Assembly (NCBI RefSeq): GCF_009914755.1
Contig: NC_060925.1
Strand: one strand, 5' to 3'
Length of the DNA stretch: 64,000 nt
From: the human T2T-CHM13v2.0 reference genome, Homo sapiens
Shown here piece after piece: positions 15,276-28,589 of the stretch. The notes beneath the pieces were generated by a model, which had not been told where the DNA came from, did no database searches, and saw only the letters and a list, made by a program, of their open reading frames with translations. How positions within the stretch are numbered: position 1 is the first letter of the stretch; every line of letters starts with the position of its first letter. The position numbers were made by a program, and so were the translations under genes.

Positions 15276-15984
15276 GTTTAACCACACGTAGTTTCACATT
15301 TCTTCAGGCTAATGAGACAGAAGAAAAAAATCTATTACCTGGTAACAGCCTAACTATCTACCTAGATCTGCAGCTAACTGTTTTCCAAAAAAAAGAACGA
15401 AATCACCATTAAGTGGTAGAATTACAGTCTTTGAGAGATAGAGAGGTATCACTGCAAGATTTGATTAATCACAACTTGATACAATGAAAGTATGTCAAGC
15501 AGTAACGAAACAATGTCAAATCACAAAATAGTGCTTGCACATGCAGTTAATACCATGATCTTCCCCACTCAATACTGATTTTGTTTATGACATTTGTAAT
15601 GAGCTTTTGACATTTGAGTGATAGCTACACTGAGATAAGAAATTAGAATGCCTGGGGATTAGCTTTTCTTAAGCAATAGGTACTGTCTAAACTGGAATTA
15701 CAAAGTATTGACAACTAAAATTGTTTTAAATGTCTTGAAGATTCTAAGTTTCAGGCCTGAGATGTGGAAGATGGAAGTCCCTATGGATCATCTAATCTAG
15801 TGATTGTCATTCTGTTTTCCAACCAAGGGATAAGACACTGTCATGCAGGCCATCCCTAGAAGGGTGTGGGCTGGAACCTAGACAAGATAATTAGACTTTA
15901 AAAAAAGGCCACATTGTTGGAATCTTTCATGGGCCCCTTGCCATAATCATTAAAGAGATTTTGATATTAAATGTTAATAATTTC

Positions 15985-16248
15985 ATAACAGAAACAAAAA
16001 AATACTGTATATTCTCATTTATAAATTGGAGTTAAACAACAGATACACATGAACATACAGAGGGAAATAATAGACACTGGGGACTCCAAAAGTGAGGAGG
16101 GTGGGAGGGAGGTAAGCCGGGAAAAATTACCTGTTGGGTACAATATTACTATTTGGGTAACCCAAACCCCAGCATTACACAATACACTCATGTAACAAAT
16201 CTACACATGTACCCCTTGAATCCATAAAAATAAAAAATAAAAATAAAA
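15985..16248 (+). mobile_element. L1PB-like 3' end
   Basis: aatagacactggggactccaaaag...gaaaaattacctgttgggtacaat; A-tail. Confidence 0.8.
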
Positions 16249-18324
16249 TCATGCTAATGATTCAGAAAACAGTAATAAATCAGCCCCATGAGTCTATACC
16301 TTACTCCAAACAAAAGGCTCAGAAAAGCCATCTTAGTTGCCTTGTCCAAGGGATGGGTTTGTCAGTAGGTTAACTGTAGTATTCTTAATATTGTATCTGT
16401 ATCTACTAAGGGAGACAGTATATCAAACTCTCCACAGGGAGAAAGAGCATATATGATTTAAAGCCTCCTCCAGGGGGGATCCACTTTCCAGATGAGAATC
16501 ACTAATTTTGTGAATCACTTAATTTTACAGATCTGAATCTGAAGGAAGGCAGTGATTTGCACAAAGTTCTACTGCAAATTAGTGACAGAGGTAGCTAAGG
16601 ACCCATTTCTTGACTGCAAGTTATGTGAGAGTAGTGCCGATAAAAATAAACCCCTCACAATTATAGCTTTGGCTGGTTTACAGAGCAGTTCTATGTCCAT
16701 CATTTCAACTGATGTACATAATAATCCTAAGGGGTAAGGATGCTAAGGATTATTATTCTTATTTTGCAGATGAGAAAACAAACACCCAGAGAGGTAAAAT
16801 GGTTTACCTGAGGTCACATGAGCAATTTGGTAAAAGTAAACCTAAATTCCAATATTTCTGACCCTGTATCCATTGTTGTTAGCAAACCACTCCATTAATT
16901 CATCTGGAAATCAATGTTTCCATTAAGATAGTGTTATTTTCATTCTCAAGACACTAAGTCCCAGTCTAGGACTCAGTCTGTATTCATCACCTTTTATAAG
17001 ATGATCCAGGCATTGCAGCACAAGGTAATTTCATGAGGGAATATATGGTCTAAAATTTGCCCAGGTCTTCAATTTAGTCTTCAACAAAATCTAAATACAA
17101 CCCAAGTATTGATCTGGGGTAATATCATTTGGCATTGAAAAGGCTTCCAAAGGAAAGATAATTTTATTCTTTCTCTACTTAGGTTGTCATACACTTTGCT
17201 CATATTCCTTCTAAAAATGAAAACATACAGCCAGTCTGTGTGTTACACTGTTGCTTGTTCTTAGTAAATTCTTATTTTAACTGACTACCATTAAGAATTC
17301 ACAAACATTTTGAAAACATTTATCAGATAAATACATTATTATGTGTCATGTACATACAATATGTCAAAGATAGAGAATGGTATTCATATGTCCTATTACC
17401 TTTATGACATGTTCACATCAATCCTACATACAGGTATTATTAGTCACATTTTGTACATAGAGGGGCGATATAAATGTAATAAAGCTGAATTTTAAGTCAG
17501 GCCTGGCTAACCATAGATAGTGCCTATGCTCTTTCCATTATGTAACATTGCTTCTTAATAATAACAGCAAAGGATGTATAAGCCAAGAGATTAAGGGAAT
17601 CATTTAAGAATGCCTAGTATATTGAGTGATATGCCATGGTTTTTACTGCTGTGTCTTTCACTATTCCATCTGCCAGGAATATTCTTTTTTTTCTTTGTTT
17701 AAAGAATATCTATTATTTATCCTTTTAGACCAAGTTCAATAGTAACAGTTTAGGAAACATTACCTGGCACCTCCCAAAAGAGGCTATTGCTCTCTTCTCC
17801 TGACATACGCACATTGTATTCTACTTACTTAGTCTCTCTCTCTCTCTTGCAACTAACCTGAATGCCTTAAGGAGAAGAACTACATCTTTATTCTTATATC
17901 TTTATAATCTCTGTAACCCCAATGTCTAGTCCAATCTCTAACCTATGCAGGAAAAATTTTTGGAAAATTTATTATGAATAGGTGTTGAATTTTGCCAATA
18001 CTTTTTCTGCATCAACTGATATGATCATGTGATTTTTTTCATCTTTAGCATATTTATGTGATGGATTACAATCCTTGATTTATGAATACTGAACCAGCTT
18101 TGTACCACTGGAAAAAACCCCACTTAGTCTTGGTATATAATTCTTTTTATATATTGATAAATTCTCTTTACAAATATTTTGTTCACAAATTTTGCATCCA
18201 TATTGGTCTGTAGTTTTATCTTTTTAACTTGCACTCTCTTTGTTCTCATTTTGGTGTTGGAGCAATACTGAGCTCATAAAATAAGGTGGAAAGTGTTTTG
18301 TTCTCTATTTTCTGGAAAAGACAG

Positions 18325-18681
18325 TGCCATGAACTGAATTGTGACCCCCAAAATTAGTATTTTGAAGACCTCTCAATGTGATGACATTTGGAGATGGGGA
18401 GTTAGGGAGGTGATTAGCTTTAGATGAGGTCATAAAGGTGGGGTCCTCATGTTGGGATCAGTACCCTTATAAGAAGAGACACCAGAGAGCTTGCTTGCTT
18501 TCTCCACAGTGTGAACACACAGCAAGAAGGTAACCAGGAAGTGACTCCTTATCAGAACTTAACTATGCTGGCACCCTGATCTTAGACTTCCATTCTCCAG
18601 AAGTGTAAGAAAACAAATTTCTGCTGCTTAAGCAACCCAGTCTATGATATTTTGTTACGGCACCTAAAGCTGACTTGGATA
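18325..18681 (+). mobile_element. MLT1A/MLT1A0 solo LTR (MaLR)
   Basis: tgccatgaactgaattgtg...gatgaggtcataaaggtgggg...ttaagcaacccagtctatg; near-TSD gacag/aacag. Confidence 0.85.
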
Positions 18682-20648
18682 AACAGTGCAGAGCTGGTGC
18701 TAATTCTTCTTTATATATTTGGTAGAATCCTCTAGTGAAACAATTAAGGCTTGGACACATCCTTTTTGAAAACGTTTTTATTTTTCTAAACTACAAATTC
18801 AATGTCCTTAATAGTTATAGAGCTATTCAAATTATATATTTCATGTTTTGTAACTTGTAGTGTTTGTACTTCTCAAGGAATTGTCTCATTTCATCTAACT
18901 TGCCAAATTTATGTGTGTAGGGCTATTCATATTACTCCTTTGTTATTTTATTGACATCTTCAGAGTCTATGGTGGTATCTCCTATTTCATTCCTAATATT
19001 AATAATGTGTGTCTTTTTGTGTTTTCATCAGCCATACTGCAGGTTTTTCTTTTATCATTTCTTTTGATCTTTTCAAAGAACCCACTTTTGCTAGATTGAT
19101 TTTCTCTACTGCTTTTCATTTTCAATCTCAGTGATTACTCCGATTATTATTTCTTGCCCTCAGTTTGCATTGGGTTAATTTTTATCTTCTTTATATGATT
19201 TCTTTGAAGGAAGGAGCTTAGATTGCTGATTTTAGACTTTCTTCTTTTCTAATGTAAGTATTTAGAACTATACATTGCCCTCTCAGTACTGGTTTAGCTA
19301 CCGGCCACAAATTTTGGTAAGTTGTATTTTCATTTTCATTCACTTCACTGTGTTTTTTAAATTTCATTGGGACTAACTTTTAAAACCATAAATTACTTAT
19401 AAGTGCATTGTTTAGTTTACAAATGTTTGAAGATTTATTTTTATTTTTCTGTTATTTGCTTTTAGTTCCATTCACTGTGATCAAAAAACCCACTCTGTAT
19501 CATTTCAATTATTTGGAATTTCCTAAAATTTTTTAAGGTGTATTTAATGTCCCAGGATATGGTATATCCTCTATATATGGGATATATAGATTGAAATTTC
19601 CCAAAATTTGTTAATGTGTGCTTAATGTCCCAGGATATGGTATATCTTCTATTGAATGCCATGGTCATTTGAAAAAATTGTTTATTCTCATATTGGGTGG
19701 AGTGTTCTATAAATGTTGATTGATGCCTGTGGGTTGATGGTACTCTTAAGTTTTAAGTCGTTGATGATTTTACATCTAGATGTGTTACCAGTTGTTGAGA
19801 GAGGGGTGTTGAAGTCTTTAGCTATTCTGAATTTATGTATTTCCTCATTCAGTTTTATTAGTTTTTGCTTCAAATACTTTTCAGCTTTGTTGTTTGATAC
19901 ATACACATTCAGAAGAAGATGCCTTCTTGGTGAATTGACATTTTTGTCATTACATGAAGTGCTTCTCTGTCTCTGATAATTTTCTTTGTTCTACTTATTT
20001 GATATGCATATATATACTTCTGGTTTATTATAACCAAGGTGTGTGTGTGCTTGTGTGTGTATGTTTGCATGTGTGTGTGTGTGAATCTCCATCATTTTAC
20101 TTTCAATCTATCTATATAATAACATTTGAAATACATTTATTGTAGAAAGTATATAGTTGCATCTCTCTCTTTTATTTAGTCATGCTGCCAATTTCTGCTT
20201 TTTAATTGCTGTAAATAAGGCCACTTACATTTAATGGAATTATGCATATGTTAGGGCTTGATTCTATAATTTTGTTTAATTTTCTATTTGTTCTCTCTGT
20301 ATTCATGTCTCCATTTACTTTTTCTGGGCTTTCTGTAGGTTAACTGAACTTTTCTTCTTTTTAGAATTCTGTTTTTGAATTATTCATAGTGTTTTTCAAT
20401 ATATCTTTTTCATCAGCACATAGTGGTTGCTCTAGGTAGCATACCATATATACATAACTTATCATAGTCTACTTTGTCAACATTTACCAGTTTGAGTGAA
20501 GTATGCAGAAATTTTACATCTCTTTTAATCACTTAATGCTCTACCATTTATAACACAATTACCTTAAATATTTTCTCTACATGCATTGAACTGCATTAGA
20601 TGCTGTTCTACTTGTTTCAACTTTCAAACATAATTAAGAACAGAGTAG

Positions 20649-21021
<373 letters not shown>

Positions 21022-22797
21022 GATTCTTTCTTTTATCATTTTCCTTTCCTTTTAAGAACTTCTTTTAGTCATTCTTGCTGTATGGCAACAATTTTATTAG
21101 TTTTCCTTCATTCATCTGAGAGTGCCTTGATTTTCTCTTCATTCCTGAAACATATTTTCACTGGATATAGAATTCTAAGTAGATAGGTATTTTCTATACC
21201 ACTTGAAAATGTTACAGCACTTTATTGTGGGTTCCATGATCTCTTATTATAAAGCCTCTATCTTTCAAATTTTTTTCTCTATAAGTAAGCATTTCTTTCC
21301 TCTGTTTTCTTTCAAAAATTTTTTTTAATTTGGTTTTTGAAATTTGGCTATGATATGTCTTGCCATGGTTTTATTTGGGTTTATCCTGCTTTGAGGTTCA
21401 CCCAATCTATAGGTTTATGTATTTGCTATGATTTAGAAATTTTCAGCCATTATTTGTATGAATGATTTTCAGCTCCAGTCTCTTTCTCCTTTGCTTCTGG
21501 AACTTCAATAACATGAATTTAGATCATTCTGTTGAATTCCCTGATGTTCCTGATGCTCTGTTGTTTTTCCTTTTTTTTTTTTAAACTATTGTCCTCCTGT
21601 TGCTTGGAATGGATAATTGTTACATTCTACATTAACGTTCACTGACACTTTCCTTTGTCCTCCCCATTCTATTGAGCACATTCACTGAGTTTTTCTTTCA
21701 TTTATTGTATTTTCCAGTTCTAAAATTTCCACGTGGTTGTTCTTTGTATCTTCTATTTCATTACTGAAACTGTGTTTTGCATTTGTTTTAAATGTGTAAT
21801 AGTTTGTAAAAGAATTTTTATGATGGCTGCTTTAAAAACCTCAGCAGATACTTCTAACTGTGTCATCTTAATGTTGGTGTCTGTTGGTTATCTTTTGTGT
21901 TTCAAGTTGAGATTTCCCCAGTTCTTGCTATGACAGATTACTTTTAACTAAAATCTAAATATTTTTATATTATCTTATGAAATCCTGGATTTTATATCAA
22001 TCTTGTGTTTTAGCAGTGTTCTTTTAACATTGTTCTAGAAGAAAAGGGGAGGTTACCTCATTACTTCCAGGTATGGATAGAAGTCCAGATTCTCCACTTG
22101 CCTTATATTGATATCAGAAGGATGAAGGGACCATGTTACTGTGAGGTGGAGGTTATCATTCAGTCTCCCCACTATGCTTCCAGTGTTAGCACTCTAGCGT
22201 CACATTATTTTGCAAGTCCTCAAGTCCCTAGATGGTCTGCCTTCTTTACTCCACCTTTCATAGTCTTCTTATGTTTTATATAAAATGTTCAGGGTTTTAG
22301 TTGCATTTACTAGGAAAACTAGGGAAAAATATGTCTACTACATCTTTCTGGAGCCACAATTCCAGCCTCTCTGATTTCACAGCAGAAAGTCATAAAACAG
22401 TGTTTCTACATTGCAAATTAAGGAAGCTACTCTGTTTCTACAATAATCTATATACAAACTTCTGTGAGAGATCCTTTATTCCCTTTGCCATTATAAGTAC
22501 TTTTGTATTGGTCATTGGCTTAGCAAAGTAAAAGAGTAAATGCCATGCCTTTTTAATATGGAAGTTTTTCTCTACAATTTTCTGGAAATATGTGATGGTG
22601 AAAAGATTGTGCCTACCATTAAGCTGCAATTTTATTTAAATCAAGAAAGAAAGTGGCTTTCTCCTACCTTGGCCTCTGCCTACTAAAAAAGTACAGCAAA
22701 CTATTTCTTTAAAAAAATAAATCTGGAATTAAGAATTTAATGTAATTATCTATTAATTTAAGAGTCAAGATTACTTTCCTTGATTAAAAAACATATA

Positions 22798-23107
<310 letters not shown>

Positions 23108-23312
23108 TTAATAAATTACTGACTCTCATTAATGATTGTGTAAGAAAGTTCTATCTACTATTGAAAAATATTGGCCTCTCACTTTTGATGCTTATTCAAT
23201 GTAGGTCATTGTTATTGCCCACTCATCACAGATTTTTCAATAGCTTACATGTTAGTAATCTATTCATTTATCTGTCAAACCTACTACTTCATACCAGACG
23301 AAGGCCCTAGAG

Positions 23313-23488
23313 CAGGACCAACTTCATGGGTGTGTGACCTGTGCAGCTGCACAGGGCTCCACAATGAGTAGGGCCCACATTTGATTTAATCTTTTGATGT
23401 CACCATTTTGAAATTCTTCATATTATTTAACAAGGGTTTCTGCATTTTCATTTTTCACTGGGCTTCGCAAATTATGTAGATGAACCTG
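23313..23488 (+). mobile_element. MER45A (hAT-Tip100 MITE), inserted in an L2
   Basis: Resembles recalled MER45A (cagg..cttcatgggtgtgtgacctgtgcag...gcaaattatgtag..cctg); cagg/cctg termini; 8-bp near-TSD ccctagag/tcctagga. Confidence 0.85.
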
Positions 23489-25564
23489 TCCTAGGAAGAC
23501 AACATGAAAAAGACAAATTTTACCCTCATAGTCTCAGAGCAGAGACAGAAAATTTCATCATGGTATATTAAGTGCTATGATTGAAGAAGATATGATTGAA
23601 GAGACACAATGAGAGACCTAACACAGTCAAGGGGCTCAGAGAAAGGTTCTACTTCACAACGTCTATGCTGAGTTCTAAAAGTTATCCCAGGTCTTAGACT
23701 GATGTTTGCTCTGGATTATCACAGACTGGCCATCGTCTTTACTGCTAATTTAGAAGTTCACCAGAAGCATAATTTATTAGTTTCAAGGTCACTAGGTGCA
23801 TTTTCAATTAAAAAAAACATATTTAGCAGGCCTCTTGGTTCAGGTACAAATTCAGGCAAAAAAGGCACTGGCTAGAGAATCATATCAGCCTGGGAAGAAA
23901 ATCTCATTACCCCTAAAAAAGCGGAGTCTTGATGTCCAAAAGGAGGCTATACCAGGGTGTCATTGCAGAGATAAAGGTTAAACTCACTTGTTTTATCAAC
24001 ATATCCATTTTTTAAAGGCAGATATTATATTAAGCACTGCAGAAACCAAGATAATAGTAAGTAATAATAATAGTAGCTAACAGCCACAGGCACTCATTAT
24101 ATCTCAGTGCTAGCTATTTCAGTCCTCACAAGAAGCTCTATTTCATAGAAATTTAAATAAGAAATTATTAAGTCTCAGTCTCTAATAGAAGGTAGCTAAA
24201 AATCCATCAGGGAAAGGAACACATGACACATCAAGTGTAACATCATATGATAACCATGCTATGTTAGCATCAGCAATGGAAGCTGTGGGAGAATAGCCTG
24301 GAAGTAAGGAGAAGCTTCCCAAAAGGAAAGAGACTTTATCCATATCTAAAAGGTTTTGTGAGCTAGACAAAGTGAGAAATACAGAAAGGCTTTCCAAATG
24401 AGGAAACGACATGAATAATGAATGAATCATCAAGAATGAATCCCAAATTTTTATCTGAGTAATTAAGTAGACAGCAAATGGTACAATAAGTTAAAAATAG
24501 GACTGCAAAAAGAGGATACACACTTGATGAAAATTTGCTGTTCAATACTGATGTGGAAGTGTTTGGTAGGCTGCTGGAAAGATGAATTACACTGCAGTGA
24601 AACTAAAGTTCAAGACTGAGGAGTAATCAGCATTTAGTTTATCATCCTGCAGAATGGCACAAGAAAGTTAGCTAAAATTCAAAGGTGAGCACAAGAGTAG
24701 GTCAGGCTACAAGTGGATTGAACCATTCTAGATTCATAATGGGGCATAATAAGAGCCTCTGACAGTTTATCTGGTTAGACTCTAAAGCTTTTCCCATATA
24801 TCCAGCAAACCAATGTCTATAAAGTTTCAGTGCCTTTTCCTCTTGATTTTATTGTTTTTGTTCTGCCAAAGCAAGACTTAGACAACCCATAAAATTTTAC
24901 ATAAAATTTAAATATCAATCTCTCATTTCTTTGGCAGTAGATCAGCCAAAAACCCATAGCTTTAAGATTCATCTAGCCTAAGATGTTCTGTTTCTGGTAC
25001 CCAGTTTCATTTGCATAAAGATCTTTTTCACTTTCTACATCTGTGTTTTATTTATATTGCAACAGCAATATTTATAAGTTTATGTCACAATAAGTTTCCA
25101 GTCTAAATTTGGGTCTTTTTTAATTGTTCAGCAGTTAAAAAACCACACACTAAGGGTAAAAGAAAATCCAGCATGAAATTCCTCAGTGTGAAGCTCATAT
25201 TAGTTTTCTTCATAAACAAGTAACCATGTCATGTCACATCAATCAATGTTGATGTTAAAGCACAATAAAAGGTGAAATATAACTACCCCATTCTAAGGCC
25301 AACTCTATAATCTTAATAAAAATGCAAAGACATGCTTTGCTTTATATAAATTGACAGCATTATATGATTTAATTGTTTTTACCACTTATTTCATGATTAA
25401 ATTGAAGTTTGGCTATCGTAACAGGTTTATGATATTTATTTGACTAAGATGAGTTTTTCCTATTTAAGGCAGCTTTAAGGACTGGATCAAGTACAGTGTT
25501 CTCTTTAAAACCTACTTTTATCTATTTCCTGACACCCAGCCCAATTAAAAGTGATAAACTTTCA

Positions 25565-26910
25565 TTTTTATTTTTTCCTTTTAACTTTTATTTTAGGTTC
25601 TGGGGGTACATGTGCAGGTTTGTTACATGGGTAAATTGCATGTGGCTGGGATTTCATATACAAATTATTTCATCAGGTAAGTAGTAATCATACTACTCAA
25701 TGGGTAGTTTTTTGAACCTCACCCTCCTCCCACCTTCCACCTTCAAGAAGGCCCTGGTGCCTATTGTTCCTTTCTTTGTGTCCACATGTATTCAATATTT
25801 AGCTCCCAATTATAAGTGAGAACATGTGGTATGTTGTTTTCTGTCCCCATGTTAATTCACTTAGGATATACCCATGTTGCTGCAAAGGACATGCTTTCAT
25901 TCTTTTATGGCTGCACAGTAGTCGTGTATACATACCACATTTTCTTCAATCCACAATTTTTTTCAGTTCACCGTTGATGGGCATCTAGGTTGATTCCATG
26001 TCTTTGCCATTGTGAACAGTATTGGAATGAACATATGTGTGCATGTGTCTTTATGGTAGAAGGATTTATATTCCTTTGGGTATGTAACCAGTAATGGAAT
26101 TGCTGGGTCAAATGGTAGCTCTGTTTCAACTTATTTGAGAAATCTTCAACCTGCTTTCCACAATGGCTGGACTAACTTACACTCTCACCAGCAGTGTATA
26201 AGCGTTCCCTTTTCTCCACAAACTTGCCAGCATCTGTTATGTTTTGACTTTTTAATAGTAGCCATTCTGACTGGTGTGACATGATACCTCATAGTAGTTT
26301 CAATGTGCATTTCTGTAATGATCAAGGATGTTGAGCATTTTTTCATAAGCTTGTTGGCCCTTTGTATGTCTTCTTTTGAGAAGTGTCCTTTCATCTTTGC
26401 TCATATTTTCATCAGGTTGTTTTTTGCTTGTTGATTTGTTTAAGTTCCTTATAGATTCTGGAATTTAGACCATCGTCAAGTGCATAGTTTGCAAATATTT
26501 TCTTCCATTTTGTTTGTTGTCTGTTTACACTGCTGATGGTGTATTTTGCTATGCAGAAGTTCTTTAGTTTAATTAGGTCCCATTTGTCAATTTTTGTTTT
26601 GGTTGCAATTGCTTTTGGAGTATTTGTTAATAAAATCTTTACCATGGTCTATATCCAGAATGGTATTTCCTAGGTTTTCATCTAGGATTTTTATAGTCTT
26701 AGGTTGTATATTTAAGTGTTTAATCTATTTTGAGTTGATTTTTATATATGGTGAAAAGAAGGGGTACAGTTTCAGTCTTCTGCAGATGGCTAGACAGTTA
26801 TCCCAACACCATTTATTGAACAGGGAGTACTATCCCCAGTGGTTGTTATTGTCATCTTTGTTGAAGATCAGATGGTTATAGATATGTGGCTTTATTTCTG
26901 GGTTCTCTAA
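25565..26910 (-). mobile_element. 5'-truncated L1PA15/16-like element
   Basis: Antisense 3'UTR and ORF2 C-terminus ([21 protein letters not shown]). Confidence 0.88.
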
Positions 26911-27148
26911 TAAGGACCCCCGCCACGGCCCCACTGAAGTTCTTTTGCCAGCACCCTCCATGGGAATGTTGTTGCCAGTGGATGGGGAACACCTCGGCTC
27001 CTCCAGCACAGTAAGTGCTTAATCTTGACAAGCCAGAGAACAATGCCATTGGCCTAGTTCCAGCCCCTCAGGGCTAAAGCATGCAGCCCAGGAGTGCTGA
27101 CCTCAGCCTTGGCCCCCTGAAATCATCCCATGAAACAAAGTCAGTCAT
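26911..27148 (+). mobile_element. Probable old L1PA 5'UTR fragment, inverted relative to the adjacent L1 3' part
   Basis: GC-rich; cccaggagtgctga..cagccttggccccctgaaa resembles the recalled L1PA15-16 5' end; directly abuts the truncation point. Confidence 0.5.
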
Positions 27149-28160
27149 AATCAAAGCCAATTCATAATCACAAAAACTGAAAACATTTATATAATCCCTT
27201 AAGTGGATAAACAAATTGTGGTAGGATTTGCCACTTCTAAAAATACTTTGTTTACTTGCTCCTATCTATTGTCTTTATTCACATAATAGAAAATAAGCTT
27301 CTCCAGAACAGAAGAACCTTATCTGTCTTATTCAATGCTGATTCCTGAATGCCTAGAGCAGTATCTGGCACACACAATAAGTATTTATTGAATATAAATA
27401 ATAAGAAAGTAAAATTTATGGAAAGCTTTCTACATGTTAGGCAAAACTGCAATTGTTTTGTGTATATTATCTCAGGTAGGTAGGAAACTGAAACAGAGGG
27501 AGTATAAAATAATTTGCCCAGGTGACACAGTAAATAGTTGAAGTAGAATACCAACCCTGGCAGTCTGACTCCAAAGCTTGAGCTTAATCCAAATGAATAA
27601 ATGTTAGAATGGCATTACAGGAAAAATACAGTAAAATTCATGGAAATATGAAACAACATGGTCGCTGTAGGGAACTACAAGAAGGCCAATAAGTATGTAA
27701 GTCAAAAGCAAACTGGATAAGAACTAGATCATGAATGGTACCACATGCCAGGCTAAGAAGTTTGGACTTTACCCTAAAGGTAATAGAGGGGTATTTAAGG
27801 CATTTTGCAGTGGAGTGGCAAGGTTAAATTTGCACTTTACATATAATGCTCCAGCTTCAGTGTGAAGGATGAACTTAAATTGCATGAAACCCTGGACAAA
27901 ACCACAGTTGGAAGACAACTGCCATAGTCCAAACAATATATGTAAATAGATTAAACTTGAATGGCTGTAGCAGAGATAGAAAGGCACAGATAAATTTAGG
28001 AAATGACTCTAAAAGTGGTAAAGTAAGGAAACAAATTTGATTTTGTCATTTGTAATATGAACTTAATAATAGGAATAGTTACTAGGTTTATTATCAGTCC
28101 CCAGAAACTTAAAGTTATCTCTGTAAAACAATAGAAGCCGACTTGAAAGAATAAAAATAT

Positions 28161-28473
28161 GGGCAGAGCACAACGGTTCATGTCCGCAATCCCAGCACTT
28201 TAGGAGGCCGAGGGGGACGGATCACTTGAGCTCAGGAGTTCAAGACCAGCCTGGGCAACACAGTGAAACCTCATCTCTACAAAAATACAAAAAAGTAGTC
28301 CAGCATGGTGGTGCACTCCTGTAGTAGTATCAGCTACTCAGGAGGCTGATGCAGGAGGATTGCTTGAACCCAGGAGGCAGAGGTTGCAGTGAGCCAAGAT
28401 CATGCCACTGCACTCCAGCCTGGATGACAGAGTAAAAGCCTATCTAAAAAAAATAAAAAAAAAATTAAAAAAA
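28161..28473 (+). mobile_element. AluJb-like, full length
   Basis: gatcacttgagctcaggagttc, ggaggattgcttgaacc; A-tail. Confidence 0.9.
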
Positions 28474-28480
28474 TACAAGT

Positions 28481-28555
28481 ATGTTCATGTTTGCCACACT
28501 TACACTAAAATTGAAATAATAAAGTACATACGCAAATTCATTAAGCTAACCATAT
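28481..28555 (+). pseudogene. RNU6: Decayed U6 snRNA retrocopy with an internal deletion
   Basis: cacttacactaaaattgaaataataaag aligns to U6 CACATATACTAAAATTGGAACGATACAG; acgcaaattcattaagctaaccatat aligns to the U6 3' end ACGCAAATTCGTGAAGCGTTCCATAT; the central part is missing. Confidence 0.75.
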
Positions 28556-28589
28556 CCTCTACATATTGAATACAACACTTCCCTCTGAA

